64,000 nt of DNA, from positions 340,776 through 404,775 of the forward strand of contig CAVRVP010000002.1 of the NCBI GenBank assembly GCA_963724675.1. Reading direction: 5' to 3'. Numbering within the stretch: position 1 is the stretch's first letter; every line of letters starts with the position of its first letter. The notes under the pieces were generated by a model, which saw nothing but the letters and a program-made list of their open reading frames with translations, had not been told where the DNA came from and did no database searches. The DNA comes from an uncultured Actinomycetes bacterium (GTDB taxonomy: Bacteria > Actinomycetota > Thermoleophilia > Gaiellales > Gaiellaceae). The position numbers and the translations under genes were made by a program. This document shows positions 18,933-29,550 of the stretch, piece after piece.

Positions 18933-21481
18933 CTCTTCGCGTCCGTCCAGCTCTCGCCGGCGCCGACGTCGACCGCAAGCGGCGGGTCGAGGTCGAACGC
19001 GCCGCACATCTCCTCGCGCACGAGCGTCTTGATCGCCGACAGCTCCGCGTCCGGGGCCTCGAGCAGCAGCTCGTCGTGCACCTGCAGGACGAGACGCGAC
19101 GCGCGCCCCTCGTCTCGGAGCCGCTTATGGATCCCGAGCATCGCGACCTTGATGATGTCGGCGTTCGAGCCCTGCATGACGAAGTTGACGGCGAGGCGCT
19201 CGCCGAGCGCCCGTGTCTGGCGGCTCGACGTCCGGAGCTCGGGCACCGGTCGGCGGCGACCCAGAAGGCTCGTTGCGTAGCCGTCGCGGATCGCCTGCTC
19301 GATCGTCCGCGCGATGAAGTCCTGGACGTGCGGGAAGCGTGCGAGGTAGCGGTCGATGTACTGCTGCGCCTCGTCGCGCGGGATGCGGAGGTTCTCCGAG
19401 AGCCCGTACGCCGAGATGCCGTAGACGATCCCGAAGTTGATCATCTTCGCGATGTCCCGTTCGTCGCGGGTGAGCTCGGCCGGATCCTTGCCGAGCACTT
19501 CGGCAGCGGTCGCCCGGTGGATGTCCTCGCCACGCGCGAACGCCTCCTTCAGCTTCGGCTCGCCCGAGACGTGCGCGAGGATCCGGAGCTCGATCTGCGA
19601 GTAGTCGGCGGAGATGAGCGCGTGACCCTCCTCTGCGACGAACGCCGATCGAATCTCCCGGCCGAGCTCGGTGCGCACGGGGATGGCCTGGAGATTCGGG
19701 TTCGACGTCGAGAGGCGCCCGGTGGCAGCCACGGTCTGGTTGAACGTCGTGTGCAGCCGCCCGTCCGACCCGAGCATCTCGGGCAGCGGGCCGAGATACG
19801 TGTTGACGAGCTTCGTCAGCTCACGCCACTCCTCGAGCACGGGCACGATCTCGTGCTCGTCGCGGATCGACTGGAGAACGCGCGTGTCGGTCGAGTAACC
19901 CGTCTTCCCTTTCCGGCCCGGAGTGAGCCCGAGTGTCTCGAAGAGGACGCGCGCCACCTGCTGCGTCGAGCCGAGCATGAACTCCTCGCCCGCGAGCTCG
20001 TGCGCTTTCGCCTCGAGCTCCTCGATGCGCTCGGCAAGCCGCGCGGTGATCTCGCCCATGCGATACGTGTCGATCTGGACACCCGCGTCCTCCATCGCGG
20101 CGAGAACGCCTTCGAGCGGAAGCTCGACAGTGTCGTAGAGGTCTTCCAGCCCGCGCTCGCGCAGCCGGCTGCGCATGACGGGCGCGAGACGAAGCGGGAG
20201 AGCAGCGGCGCGGATCAGCGCGGTCGTCTCCTCGTCGGTCGCCGGCGAAGGATCGAGCGCGACGCCGTACTCTGCCCCGAGGTCGTCGAGCTCGTATCCG
20301 GAGCGCCCCGGCTCGATCAGATAGGCGGCCACGAGCGTGTCGTCGGCAGCCGTCACGCGGAGCGCCTTCGCGTCGTGGCACGCGATCGACCCGTCGAGCT
20401 TCTCGGGCTTCGCCGAGAGAGTCACCTCGGCGCCCACGGCGACCGCGCAGCGATCCCCGTCCGCCGCATACCCGAAGGCGCCGTCGGGATGCGGCAGCTC
20501 TCCCTCCCGCCAGGCGATCTCCTCGCCCGCTACCTCGGGGCGCTCGGCCGCGGGAAGTGCCTCGTCCAGCTGGTCGATGCGCTGAAGCAGTGCACGGAAC
20601 TCGAGCTTGCGGAACATCTCCTGAAGCTGAGATCTATCCGGCGGTGCGAGCACGAGCTCGGAGGGATCGCAGTCGATGTCGAGGTCGCGTCGCATCGTGG
20701 CGAGCACCTTCGAGCTCCGTGCCTGGTCCGCGTGCTCGGCGATCGCCTTCGCCCGCGCCGGCGAGAGCTCGGACGCGTGTTCGAGCACGTTCTCGAGGGT
20801 GCCGTACTTCTCCATCAGCTGCGCGGCCGTCTTGTCGCCGATCCCGGGAATGCCGGGAATCGAGTCGGAGGTGTCGCCCTTCAGTCCGATCAGGTCGGGC
20901 ACTTTCTCCGGCGGCACGCCCAGTCGTGCCTCCACCTGCGCCGGCGTGTACACGTGGACGTCCGCCACCCCGCGCGGAGTCATCATCAGACACACGTTGT
21001 CCGTCACGAGCTGGAAGGCGTCACGATCGGTGGAGACGACACACGTGGGGATCGCTGCCGCATCGGCACGCGTAGCGAGGGTCGCGATCACGTCGTCCGC
21101 CTCCCAGCCTTCGAACTCGAGATTGCGGTAGCCAAATGCCTCCACGAGCGGGCGGAAGTACGGAAACTGCTCGCGCAGCAGGTCCGGCATCGGGCGGCGG
21201 TCGGACTTGTAGTCCTCGGAGATGGCTGCGCGGTGCACCGGCTTCGTGTCCCAGGCCACGGCGACGCCCTTGGGGCGATAGTCGCTGAGGAGCTTCACGA
21301 GCATGTTCGTGAAGCCGAGCAGCGCGTTCGTCGGAAAGCCTTCGCTCGTCACGAGCTCCTCGGGGAGCGCGAAGAACGCGCGGTACGCGAGGTTGTTGCC
21401 GTCGACGAGAAAGAGGTCGGCGGCGCGCGCGGGACCGTCTGAGAGGTCGAGCTCCTCGCCGGTGACGGACTTCGGACTCAC
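18929..21481 (-). CDS. polA: DNA polymerase I
   Basis: Intact track ORF of 850 aa. 5' nuclease N-terminus (LFLVDGNNLAYRAFFAL), polymerase motifs (LISADYSQIELRILAH, RDIAKMINFGIVYG, LQVHDELLLE). Confidence 0.95.
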   Translation of the reverse strand: MSPKSVTGEELDLSDGPARAADLFLVDGNNLAYRAFFALPEELVTSEGFPTNALLGFTNMLVKLLSDYRPKGVAVAWDTKPVHRAAISEDYKSDRRPMPDLLREQFPYFRPLVEAFGYRNLEFEGWEADDVIATLATRADAAAIPTCVVSTDRDAFQLVTDNVCLMMTPRGVADVHVYTPAQVEARLGVPPEKVPDLIGLKGDTSDSIPGIPGIGDKTAAQLMEKYGTLENVLEHASELSPARAKAIAEHADQARSSKVLATMRRDLDIDCDPSELVLAPPDRSQLQEMFRKLEFRALLQRIDQLDEALPAAERPEVAGEEIAWREGELPHPDGAFGYAADGDRCAVAVGAEVTLSAKPEKLDGSIACHDAKALRVTAADDTLVAAYLIEPGRSGYELDDLGAEYGVALDPSPATDEETTALIRAAALPLRLAPVMRSRLRERGLEDLYDTVELPLEGVLAAMEDAGVQIDTYRMGEITARLAERIEELEAKAHELAGEEFMLGSTQQVARVLFETLGLTPGRKGKTGYSTDTRVLQSIRDEHEIVPVLEEWRELTKLVNTYLGPLPEMLGSDGRLHTTFNQTVAATGRLSTSNPNLQAIPVRTELGREIRSAFVAEEGHALISADYSQIELRILAHVSGEPKLKEAFARGEDIHRATAAEVLGKDPAELTRDERDIAKMINFGIVYGISAYGLSENLRIPRDEAQQYIDRYLARFPHVQDFIARTIEQAIRDGYATSLLGRRRPVPELRTSSRQTRALGERLAVNFVMQGSNADIIKVAMLGIHKRLRDEGRASRLVLQVHDELLLEAPDAELSAIKTLVREEMCGAFDLDPPLAVDVGAGESWTDAKS

Positions 21482-21503
21482 GTTGCGAGTCTAGTGTGGA
21501 GGG

Positions 21504-23003
21504 ATGCGCGTCCCGCTCCTCTCGGGCACCCGGCTGCTCGTCGTCAACGCGCCCGACGACGCGATCGTGCTGGCACCGCCCGCGCCGCCACCGCAGGCGA
21601 TCACGGACGTCGGCGCCGCCGTGCGGGACGCCCTTCGCTTCCCGCTGGCCGGGCCACCGCTCCATGCCCTCGTTCCCCGTGGGGCGCGGGCGGCGATCGT
21701 CACCAACGTGCCCGCGTTGCCGATGCCGAGCGCGCCCGTCGATGCCCGACGCGCGGCCGTTGGCGCCGCGGTCCAGGAACTGCGGAACCTCGGCGTGCCC
21801 GACGAGCAACAGACGATCCTCGTGACGGCCGGGCTTGCGCGACGGCCCGGCCGCAGGGAGCTCGATCACATGTTTGCGCCCGCATTCGCACGGGCGTTCC
21901 ACGGTCGCGTGCGGGTGCACGACGTCGAAGACCCTGATCTCGTCGATCTCGGCGAGCACGACGGAATACGCCTCCGCGTCGCACCGGCTATTGCCGACGC
22001 CGATGTCGTCGTCGTCGTCAGCGCCGCCGAGACGGTGCTGCATGGCGGACCGGCGACTCTCCTGGCCGCGGCCGGGCCGGACGCGCTTCGAGCAGCCGGC
22101 GACAGTCTCACTGCTCGAGGCACGAGGCTCGTCCGGCTGGAGCCTCGCGCTCGCAGTGGAGCGCGCGCTCGGTCAGCGGGCCGCGCTGATGGGCGTCTCG
22201 CTCACTCTCGACCACCCGCGGATCTCCGACACTGCATTCGGCTACCCCTACGACCCGGCGTCGGCAGAGCGCATCGCACGGTCGAAGGCCGCCCGCCTCT
22301 TTCAGCTCCTGCCCGGGACCGCTCCGCCTGCGCATCCTTCGCTCGCTGCCGGCGACCCTGACGGCAGCGGCGGCGTTTGCAGGGCCCCCGTCCGTCGCTC
22401 ACGCAGAGGCCCTCGTCAGGGCGATCGACCTCCGAACAGTGGAGCTCGACGGACCCCTCGACGCGCTCTGCCTCGGCATCCCGCGCATCACGCCACACCT
22501 TCCACGAGAGCGCCCGAACCCTCTCCTCGCCGCGTATCTCGGCCTGGGCGTCGCACTACGAATGTGGCGCGACCGGCCACCCGGTGGTGGACGGAGGGAC
22601 GGTGATCCTCGCCCACCGCTTCCATCGACGTTTCAGCCATCCCACACAACAGCCCTACCGCGCGTTCTTCGGAGCGGTCCGGGGCGGCCTCGACCCGCAG
22701 GTGATCTCGGCCGCCGAGCATGCCGCCGCTGCCGACGCCCGCGCGATCGACCGCTACCGCGGAGGGCGCACGTGCCACCCGCGACTGCCGTTCGCCGACT
22801 GGGCCGCCGTGCAACCGGAAGCCGACCGTCTCGGCGCCGTGATCGTGGCCGGCTGCCGAGACGCGACTGCCGCGCGCCAGCTCGGCTTCATTCCGTCTCA
22901 GAGCGTTCCCGCGGCCATCGAGCTCGCGCTCGGCCGTGCTGGAGAAGGCGCCCGCGTGGGCTTCCTCCTCTCCCCGCCCTATCCCCCGATTCGAACTGCC
23001 TGA
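21504..23003 (+). CDS. LarA-like (lactate racemase N-terminal domain, DUF2088 family) protein; frame broken about 3 times (near 22110, 22323, 22574)
   Basis: Joins track ORFs 21504.., 21835.., 22439.. and 22377..23003. Motifs: TILVTAGLARRPGRRELDHMF, VRVHDVEDPDLVDLGE, AETVLHGGPATL, GGTVILAHRF. Confidence 0.5.
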
Positions 23004-23014
23004 GCGGCTCGGGC

Positions 23015-23746
23015 CTACGCAATCCCCAAATACGCCTTCTGCACCGCGTCGTTGGCGGCGAGCTCCTTCGCATCGCCTTCGAGCGCGATCGTCCCCGTCT
23101 CGAGCACGTAGCCACGATTCGCCACGTCGAGGGCCATGAGCGCGTTCTGCTCGACGAGCAGCACGGGCGTTCCCTCCTTGTTGATGGCGACGATCGTCTC
23201 GAAGATGCGGTCGACGAAGATCGGCGCGAGCCCCATCGACGGCTCGTCGAGCATGAGCAGGCGCGGCTCGCGCCATCATGGCGCGACCGATGGCGCACAT
23301 CTGCTGCTCGCCACCGGACATCGTCCCGGCTGCCTGGCGTCCGCCGCTCGGCGAGCCGGGGGAAGAGCTCGAAGACGTGGTCCATGTCCTCCTGAATGCC
23401 CAGCCTTGTCCTTGCGCTGAAACGCGCCCATCTCGAGGTTCTCGACCACGGACATCCGAGGAAAGAGCTTGCGGCCCTCGGGTGACTGGGAGATGCCGCG
23501 CTTGACGATCGTGTGGGCGGGCTCGTTCGTGATGTCGTCGCCCATGAATCGGATCGTCCCGTGGCGCGGGCGGTTGAGACCGTTGATGGAGCGGAGGGTC
23601 GTCGACTTGCCGGCGCCGTTCGAGCCGATGAGCGTGACGATCTCCCCCTCGTTGACAATCAGCGAGACGCCCTTGATCGCCTCGATCGTCCCGTAGAACG
23701 TCCTGACGCCCTCGAGCTCGAGGATCGGCTTCGCGGCGGCGTTCAT
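23015..23746 (-). CDS. livF: Branched-chain amino acid ABC transporter ATP-binding protein (LivF type); frame broken about 3 times (near 23398, 23335, 23266)
   Basis: Motifs: GSNGAGKSTT (Walker A), MSGGEQQMCAIGRAMMAR (signature), LLMLDEPSMGLAP (Walker B). These are spread over four track frames. Confidence 0.8.
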
Positions 23747-24527
23747 ACCTTCGCCGCTGCTCCCGTCCCAAGGTATGCCTCGATCACGCGTGGGTCACTC
23801 TGAACGTCCTTCGGTGCGCCCTCGGCGATCTTCTCGCCGTAGTCGAGCACCGTGATCCGCTCGGACACGCCCATGACGACCTTCATGTCGTGCTCGATGA
23901 TGAGGATGGTCACTCCCTCCTCGTCGCGCAGCTTGTGCACGAACACGGTGAACGCTGCCGACTCCTGCGGGTTCATGCCGGCGGTCGGCTCGTCGAGCAG
24001 GAGCAGCTTGGGCTGTGTGGCGAGCGCTCGCGCAACCTCGAGCCGTCGCTGGTCGCCGTAGGAGAGGTTCCGCGCGTAGTCGTCCGCGACACCGTGCGAG
24101 CGCGCAGTACGCGAGCAGCTCGTGCGCGCGCTCGCGGGCCGTGCGCTCCTCACGCCGGATGCGCGGCGTCCGCAGGATGCTGCCGATGATGCCGCCCTTG
24201 ATCCGGCAGTGCATGCCAACGAGGACGTTCTCGAGGGCCGTCATCTCCTGAAACAGGCGGATGTTCTGGAACGTCCGGCCGATCCCGCGTTCGGTCACGT
24301 AATGCGGCGGACGGCCCGTGATGTCCTCGCCGGCGAGCTCGATGACGCCCGCGGTCGGCTTGTAGACGCCCGTGAGCATGTTGAAGAACGTCGTCTTGCC
24401 TGCACCGTTCGGCCCGATCGAGCGCGACGATCGAGCCTTGCGGGATCGTGAAGTCGACGTCGTTCACGGCCGTGAGCCCGCCGAACTCCTTGCGCAGCGC
24501 GGCCGTCGTGAGCAGGTTCGCGGCCAC
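23743..24527 (-). CDS. livG: Branched-chain amino acid ABC transporter ATP-binding protein (LivG type); frame broken twice (near 24419 and 24100)
   Basis: Motifs: GSIVAL[I]GPNGAGKTTFFNMLTG, LSYGDQRRLEVARALA, LLLLDEPTAGMNP. At 24419 a single extra g explains the shift. Confidence 0.8.
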
Positions 24528-24528
24528 G

Positions 24529-26008
24529 CTACTCCTCCGGCCCGCCGCGCACGTCCATCAGCGGCTGATCGTGGACGCCGACCTCGAACTCCTGCTTGCG
24601 CCTCGCCTCGGGGAAGAGCCCGTACGGGCCGGAAGAGCATGACGACCACGAGAATGACGCCGTAGATCCCGAACTGGACGGCGGGAACGTCGACGCAGCC
24701 GTTCGAGATCACTTGCCCGGCCTCCGGCGAGCTCCCGCAGGGGAGAACGTGCTCGTTCAGCCAGCCGCCGAGGTTCGCGAGGCCTTCGGTGTTGAGGTAC
24801 GAGAGGAAGGCCGCGCCCGCGATGACACCCCAGACGTTGCCCATGCCGCCGAGGATGACCATGCAGAGGATGAAGATCGAGACGTTGAAGTTGAACGAGT
24901 CCGGAAACACGCCTTGCTGATACGTCGCGAACCATGCACCGGCGACGCCGCCGAAGAACGCGCCCGACGCGTACGACCATGTCTTCGTGCGCATGAGCGG
25001 GATGCCCATCGCGGCGGCGGCCGTCTCGTCCTCGCGGATCGCGATCCAGGCCCGGCCGAGGCGTGAGTCGCGTAGGCGGATCGAGCAGAACAGCGTGATC
25101 AGGACGAGCGCGAGCGCGCCCCAGTAGACGAGATCGACGAAGTCGCCGACGAAGTCGCCGTTCTTGCCTTCGAACCAGCCGATGGACGTCGAGGAAGTTC
25201 GCCGGTAGAAAGACCTTGTCGTGCAGCCACGAGCCGAATCCCGGCGGGTCGATCGGGTTGATCCCCGGCGGGCCGTTCGTGAGGTTGAAGCCGAAGCCAC
25301 CTTCGTCGCCGTTGCGGGCGACCTGCGCGACCATCTCTCCGAAGCCCAGCGTGACGATGGCGAGGTAGTCACCGCGTAGACGCAGCGTCGGCAGCCCGAT
25401 GACGATCGCCGGCGAAGGCCGTGATGATGGCGCCGATCAGCAGGACGAGCCAGATGGAGATATGGATGCCGCCGACACCCGGGAACACGCCGACCGCGCC
25501 GAACGAGAAGTCGAGGCTCGGCTTGCCGGTGAACGACGTCCGGGCCCGCGAAGTGCGGCGAGGCGAACCACGCGGCCGTGTACGCGCCAATGGCGTAGAA
25601 GGCGACGTAGCCGAGGTCGAGGAGGCCCGCGTAGCCGACGACCATGTTCAGGCCGAGAGCCATCATCGTGAAGATGGCCATGATCACCATCGTGTCCATG
25701 CTCGGCAACGTGCTGAAGATCGGGATGTCGAACAGCCAGTCCTCGGCGACGAGAAACGGGTAGATGACGGCAATCACGAGCGCCGTGACCGGCAGCGCGG
25801 TCCGGCGCCAGCGCCGCGGCATCAGGTAGAGCGCGTACGTGATGGCGAGCAGGACGACGAGCGTCAGGCTGAGCGTTGCTCCCAGCGCAAGCGAAACACG
25901 CACCACGACAGCCGCGACGACGACCGGCGGTATTGCCTTGCGCCAGAACGGGCTGCGGACGCCGATCGCGTCGAGAGCGCGACCGCTCAGCTGGGACAAC
26001 CGTGACAC
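24529..26008 (-). CDS. livM: Branched-chain amino acid ABC transporter permease (LivM type); frame broken about 4 times (near 25543, 25405, 25187, 24628)
   Basis: Hydrophobic permease segments pass through track ORFs 24464..26008, 25369..25590 and 24558..25334, then return. The final frame ends ..[20 protein letters not shown] at TAG 24529-24531. Confidence 0.7.
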
Positions 26009-26014
26009 CGGGAG

Positions 26015-27073
26015 CTAGCTCCCCTCCGGAACGTGCTCCCCGAGGATGCCCTGCGGCCGGAAGACGAGGATGAGGATGAGGATCCCGAAGATGATCGACG
26101 TCGTCCACGCCGGGCCGGGCGCGTTCCACGAGAGCCCATTGTTGAAGGCCTCGATCAGGCCGATCAGCAACGCGCCGAGCACCGCCCCTGGGAGGTTGCC
26201 GATACCTCCGAGCACGGCTGCGGTGAACGCGATCAGGCCCAGCGTGAAGCCGTTATCGAAGCGCACCGTCGTGAAGTAGAAGGCAAAGATCACGCCTGCC
26301 GCGCCGGCCAGTCCGCCGGCGATGAGGAACGTGAACGAGATCGTCCGGTTGACGTCGATCCCCATCATCGCGGCGGCGTCCTTGTCCTGCGCGGTCGCGC
26401 GCATCGCCTTCCCTTGCCGCGTGTACTGCACGAGCCACATGAGGGCGAACGAGCACCGGCACGGTCACGAGCACGACGAACAGCCGGTCCCACGTGTACG
26501 ACACGCTGCCGATCGCGAAGATCTTCCCCGTCCGGCAGCGTCTTGTCGACCGAGGTCGTCTCCGTCCCCTTCCAGACGATGGCGACGTTCTGGAGGATGA
26601 ACGACATGCCGATCGCAGTGATCAACGGCGCGAGACGCGGCGCGTTTCGCAGCGGCTTGTAGGCGATCCGTTCGACCGACACGTTGATGAGCCCGCACCC
26701 GATCATGGCCACAGCGAGCGAGATGAGGATGACGGGCAGGACGGATCCGAACGACGACGCCTCGGTCAGACCGAAGGCGGTGATCAGCGAGGCGGCCATC
26801 ATCGCGCCGAGCATGAACACGTCGCCGTGGGCGAAGTTGATCAGCTCGAGAATGCCGTACACAAGCGTGTAGCCGAGCGCGACGAGAGCGTAGAGCGCGC
26901 CGTTCGTCACCCCGATCAGGAAGACGCGGAACCACTGCTCGGGTGCGAGGTACGAGGTTGTAGCCGAGCCAGACGAGAACGATCGCGACGAGCGAGAGGC
27001 CGATGACGGGAATGACGTACTCGGACGGCCTCCGCCGGTGCGTCACGTGCTCTGCGTGTGCCTGGGTCGCCAT
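26015..27073 (-). CDS. livH: Branched-chain amino acid ABC transporter permease (LivH type); frame broken about 3 times (near 26953, 26526, 26448)
   Basis: Joins track ORFs 26465..27073 (N-terminus), 26365..26910 (TNGALYALVALGYTLVYGILELINFAHGD), 26253..26504 and 26015..26440 (KAMRATAQDKDAAAMMGIDVNR). Confidence 0.75.
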
Positions 27074-27087
27074 CGATCACATCCTCG

Positions 27088-27125
27088 GAAAACAGCTGGG
27101 GGAGGACTCTAACGCCCTCCCCCAG
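27088..27125 (-). terminator. Intra-operon hairpin with U-run between the binding-protein gene and the permease genes
   Basis: The minus strand reads CTGGGGGAGG-gcgttagagt-CCTCCCCCAG followed by CTGTTTTCC: a 10-bp perfect stem in the 83-nt gap. Confidence 0.5.
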
Positions 27126-27156
27126 CGGCAAGCGAGTACTACCTACGACGAAGCTC

Positions 27157-28456
27157 CTAGCAGGCCGCCTTCACCTGGACATATGAGTAGAACTTGCCCG
27201 CGGTGCCGACGAGCCTGTCGAAGCTGATCGTCTTGAACGGGCAGATATCCCCGTTCTTGTCGAACTGGAACGTGCCCATGATGCCGTCCTTCACCTTCGT
27301 CTTGAAGACGTTCCTGACGACGGAGAGGCGGTTGCCGGTCGAAGCCGCGATCGCGCTGAGCATGATGTCAGCGGTCTGCGCGGCGTACACGGCGTACGGA
27401 TCGACGACAGAGCGGCCCTGGTACTTCGCGAACGCCTTCAGGAACGCCTTGCCGTTCTTGCCCAGCAACGAGATCGGGAGGCCGGCGTAGGAGATGTACA
27501 TCCCCTGCGCGGCCGCGCCGGCTGCCGCGGTCGCCGAGTACGGCGTGAAGCCGTCCGGAGCGGCGAGCGTGACGCCCTTGCCGAGCACTGCGCCGATGTC
27601 CTTGATCAGCTTGACGCCGTTGTTGCAGACGATGCCGGCGAGGTAGACCGACTGCGCGCCGGTCGCCTTGATGCGCTCACCGATCGCCTCGTAGCTCGCC
27701 GCCTTCGCGTCCCATGGCTCGAAGCCCGACACTGTCAGGCCGATCTTCTGAGCCCTCGTCCGGAAGGCGTTGGCGACGCCCTTCCCGAACGACTGGTTGT
27801 CGTGAAGGATGTAGACGCTCTTCTTCTTGAGCTTCTTGAGCAGATCCGCGGCGAACGGGCCCTGGTAGTCGTCGGACGTCGCCACGCGGGCGTAGTTGCG
27901 GATCTTCGTCGGGTAGTAGATGTTCGGCTCGCCGGGATCGTTCCACGGCGCGAAGTGGGTGAGGCCCACGTTCGTGTTCGCGGAGCTGATCATCGCCACC
28001 GGCCCGCCGGCTGCCCTGTTCAGGATCGGCACTTCGAGCTTCGCGCACCCGGAGTTGAACGTCCCGAGCACACCTATGACCGTCCTGTCGGCTGCATATG
28101 CCCGCGCGTTGGCCGTGCACTTCTCGGGAGCCCAGCCACCCTGCTGTGCGGTGGAGTCGTCGCAGGACTGGTAGCCGACGGTGTACGGCCCGGCGTGGAA
28201 CCCGTACTTCTTCTCGAGCACGTACTGGATGGCCTTGACCATCGACAGCGGCTGTGCACGTCCGGCGCCCTGAAGCGGCAGGTCGGACGCGATGATGAAC
28301 CTCGGGCTAGCCGCGATCCCTTGTAGAAGATCGGCGTACACGACGACGCGGCAGCTTCGCCGCCGCGGTCGGGCCGGTCTTGCCGACGGCTGAACCCGCG
28401 ACGGCCAGCGAGACAGCTGCCGCGATCGGGATCACCGCCAAGAATGCCTTCTTCAC
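27157..28456 (-). CDS. livJ: ABC transporter substrate-binding protein (Leu/Ile/Val-binding family) with signal peptide; frame broken near 28345
   Basis: The GTG at 28456 is preceded by GGAGG and opens VKKAFLAVIPIAAAVSLAVAGSAVG. The gene continues in track ORF 27157..28341 (periplasmic binding protein type 1 pattern, VIGVLGTFNSG, SSANTN). Confidence 0.75.
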
Positions 28457-28534
28457 AGAACCTCCTTCTCTCCCTCGACGCTCGATACAGAAGCAGAGAA
28501 GTATTAGCCCTACGACTCGTGATTGCAACTCGGC

Positions 28535-28562
28535 TTCTTGCAGCGCGGGCGCGCTCTATCCT
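28535..28562 (+). promoter_or_regulatory. Possible tRNA-Leu promoter (TTCTTG - 16 nt - TATCCT)
   Basis: The -10-like TATCCT ends 8 nt before the mature tRNA 5' end. The -35 match is weak. Confidence 0.3.
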
Positions 28563-28570
28563 GAGATCGC

Positions 28571-28654
28571 GCCGAAGTGGCGGAACTGGCAGACGCGCCG
28601 GACTCAAAATCCGGTGGGGGAAACCCCGTGAGGGTTCGAGTCCCTCCTTCGGCA
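28571..28654 (+). tRNA. tRNA-Leu, anticodon CAA, class II (long variable arm), no encoded CCA
   Basis: Folded by hand. Acceptor GCCGAAG/CTTCGGC; anticodon stem CCGGA/TCCGG with loop CTCAAAA; variable arm TGGGGGAAACCCCGTG; T arm GAGGG-TTCGAGT-CCCTC; discriminator A. Confidence 0.9.
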
Positions 28655-28698
28655 TCGGCATCCGCCGCGCCTCGGCTCGTGGGCTACGGTGCCCTGCC

Positions 28699-29550
28699 AT
28701 GTCCGACTTCGGCTGCCGGACGATGACCGGGACGCTGCGCCGCGTGCTCGTGCGACCGCCGAGCCGGGCAGCGACCGCGCTGTGGGAACCCTTCGGTTGG
28801 CGCTCCGAGCCCGATCCCCAGAGGCTGGCTGCCGAGCACGAAGCGTTCTGCGCGACGCTCGAAGCCGCCGGCGCGGAGCTCGTCCTCGCCGATCCGCTCG
28901 ACGACGATCCGGACGCCGTCTATGCCTTCGACCCGTGCGTCGTGACCGAGCTCGGCGCGCTGCTCATGCGGCCCGGGAAGGATGCGCGCCGCCGAGAAGT
29001 GGCGGCCGTGGAAGGCGACCTATCCCGCCTCGGCGTCCCCGTGGCGGCGCGCATCGAGGAGCCGGCGACGGCCGAGGGCGGCGACTTCATCCGGCTCGAC
29101 GAGCGCACCCTGCTCGCTGGGCGGGGGTACAGGACGACCGACGCCGGGATCGCGACCATCGCCGACGCACTCCCGGGAGTCGACCTCCACTCCTTCGATC
29201 TGCCGTACTGGCAGGGCCGAGACGAGGTGATGCACCTGCTCTCGCTCCTCTCGCCGCTCGACGCCGACCTTGCCGTCGGGTACCTCCCGCTCCTGCCCGT
29301 GCGGCTCGCCGAGCTTCTCTCCGAGCGCGGTATCGAGGTCGTCCCGGTCCCCGACGAGGAGTTCGAGACGATGGGGACGAACGTCCTCGCGCTCGCGCCG
29401 CGCGTCGCGCTCTGTCTCGACGGGAACCGCGAGACCCGCCGCCGACTGGAGGCCGCCGGCGTGGACGTGGTCGTCTACCGCGGCGACGAGCTGTCGCTCA
29501 AGGGCGACGGCGGGCCGACCTGTCTGACCATGCCCTTGCTACGCGACTAG
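28699..29550 (+). CDS. Amidinotransferase-superfamily enzyme (dimethylarginine dimethylaminohydrolase / arginine deiminase-like)
   Basis: Met86 of track ORF 28444..29550; the upstream part of that ORF runs across the tRNA. The C-terminal catalytic-Cys motif is GDGGPTCLTMPL. Confidence 0.65.
   Translation: MSDFGCRTMTGTLRRVLVRPPSRAATALWEPFGWRSEPDPQRLAAEHEAFCATLEAAGAELVLADPLDDDPDAVYAFDPCVVTELGALLMRPGKDARRREVAAVEGDLSRLGVPVAARIEEPATAEGGDFIRLDERTLLAGRGYRTTDAGIATIADALPGVDLHSFDLPYWQGRDEVMHLLSLLSPLDADLAVGYLPLLPVRLAELLSERGIEVVPVPDEEFETMGTNVLALAPRVALCLDGNRETRRRLEAAGVDVVVYRGDELSLKGDGGPTCLTMPLLRD

Noticed and set aside
16695-21442. ORFs 16695..18209(+) 504 aa, 19076..21442(+) 788 aa, and the 286-codon N-terminal extension of the rpsA ORF up to 19007
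   Set aside because: They are antisense shadows of rpsA and polA. The rpsA extension runs antisense through the MBL hydrolase gene, and the S1 protein clearly starts at MANDTIDT (18149).
28571-28654. tRNA-Leu as an integration site or island boundary, or as functionally linked to the neighbouring Leu/Ile/Val transporter
   Set aside because: No integrase, no repeat of the tRNA 3' end and no mobility genes were seen nearby. The adjacency to the liv operon is most simply coincidence.
28444-28698. N-terminal 85 codons of track ORF 28444..29550
   Set aside because: This part reads straight through the tRNA-Leu gene. The amidinotransferase-like sequence begins at the internal Met at 28699.
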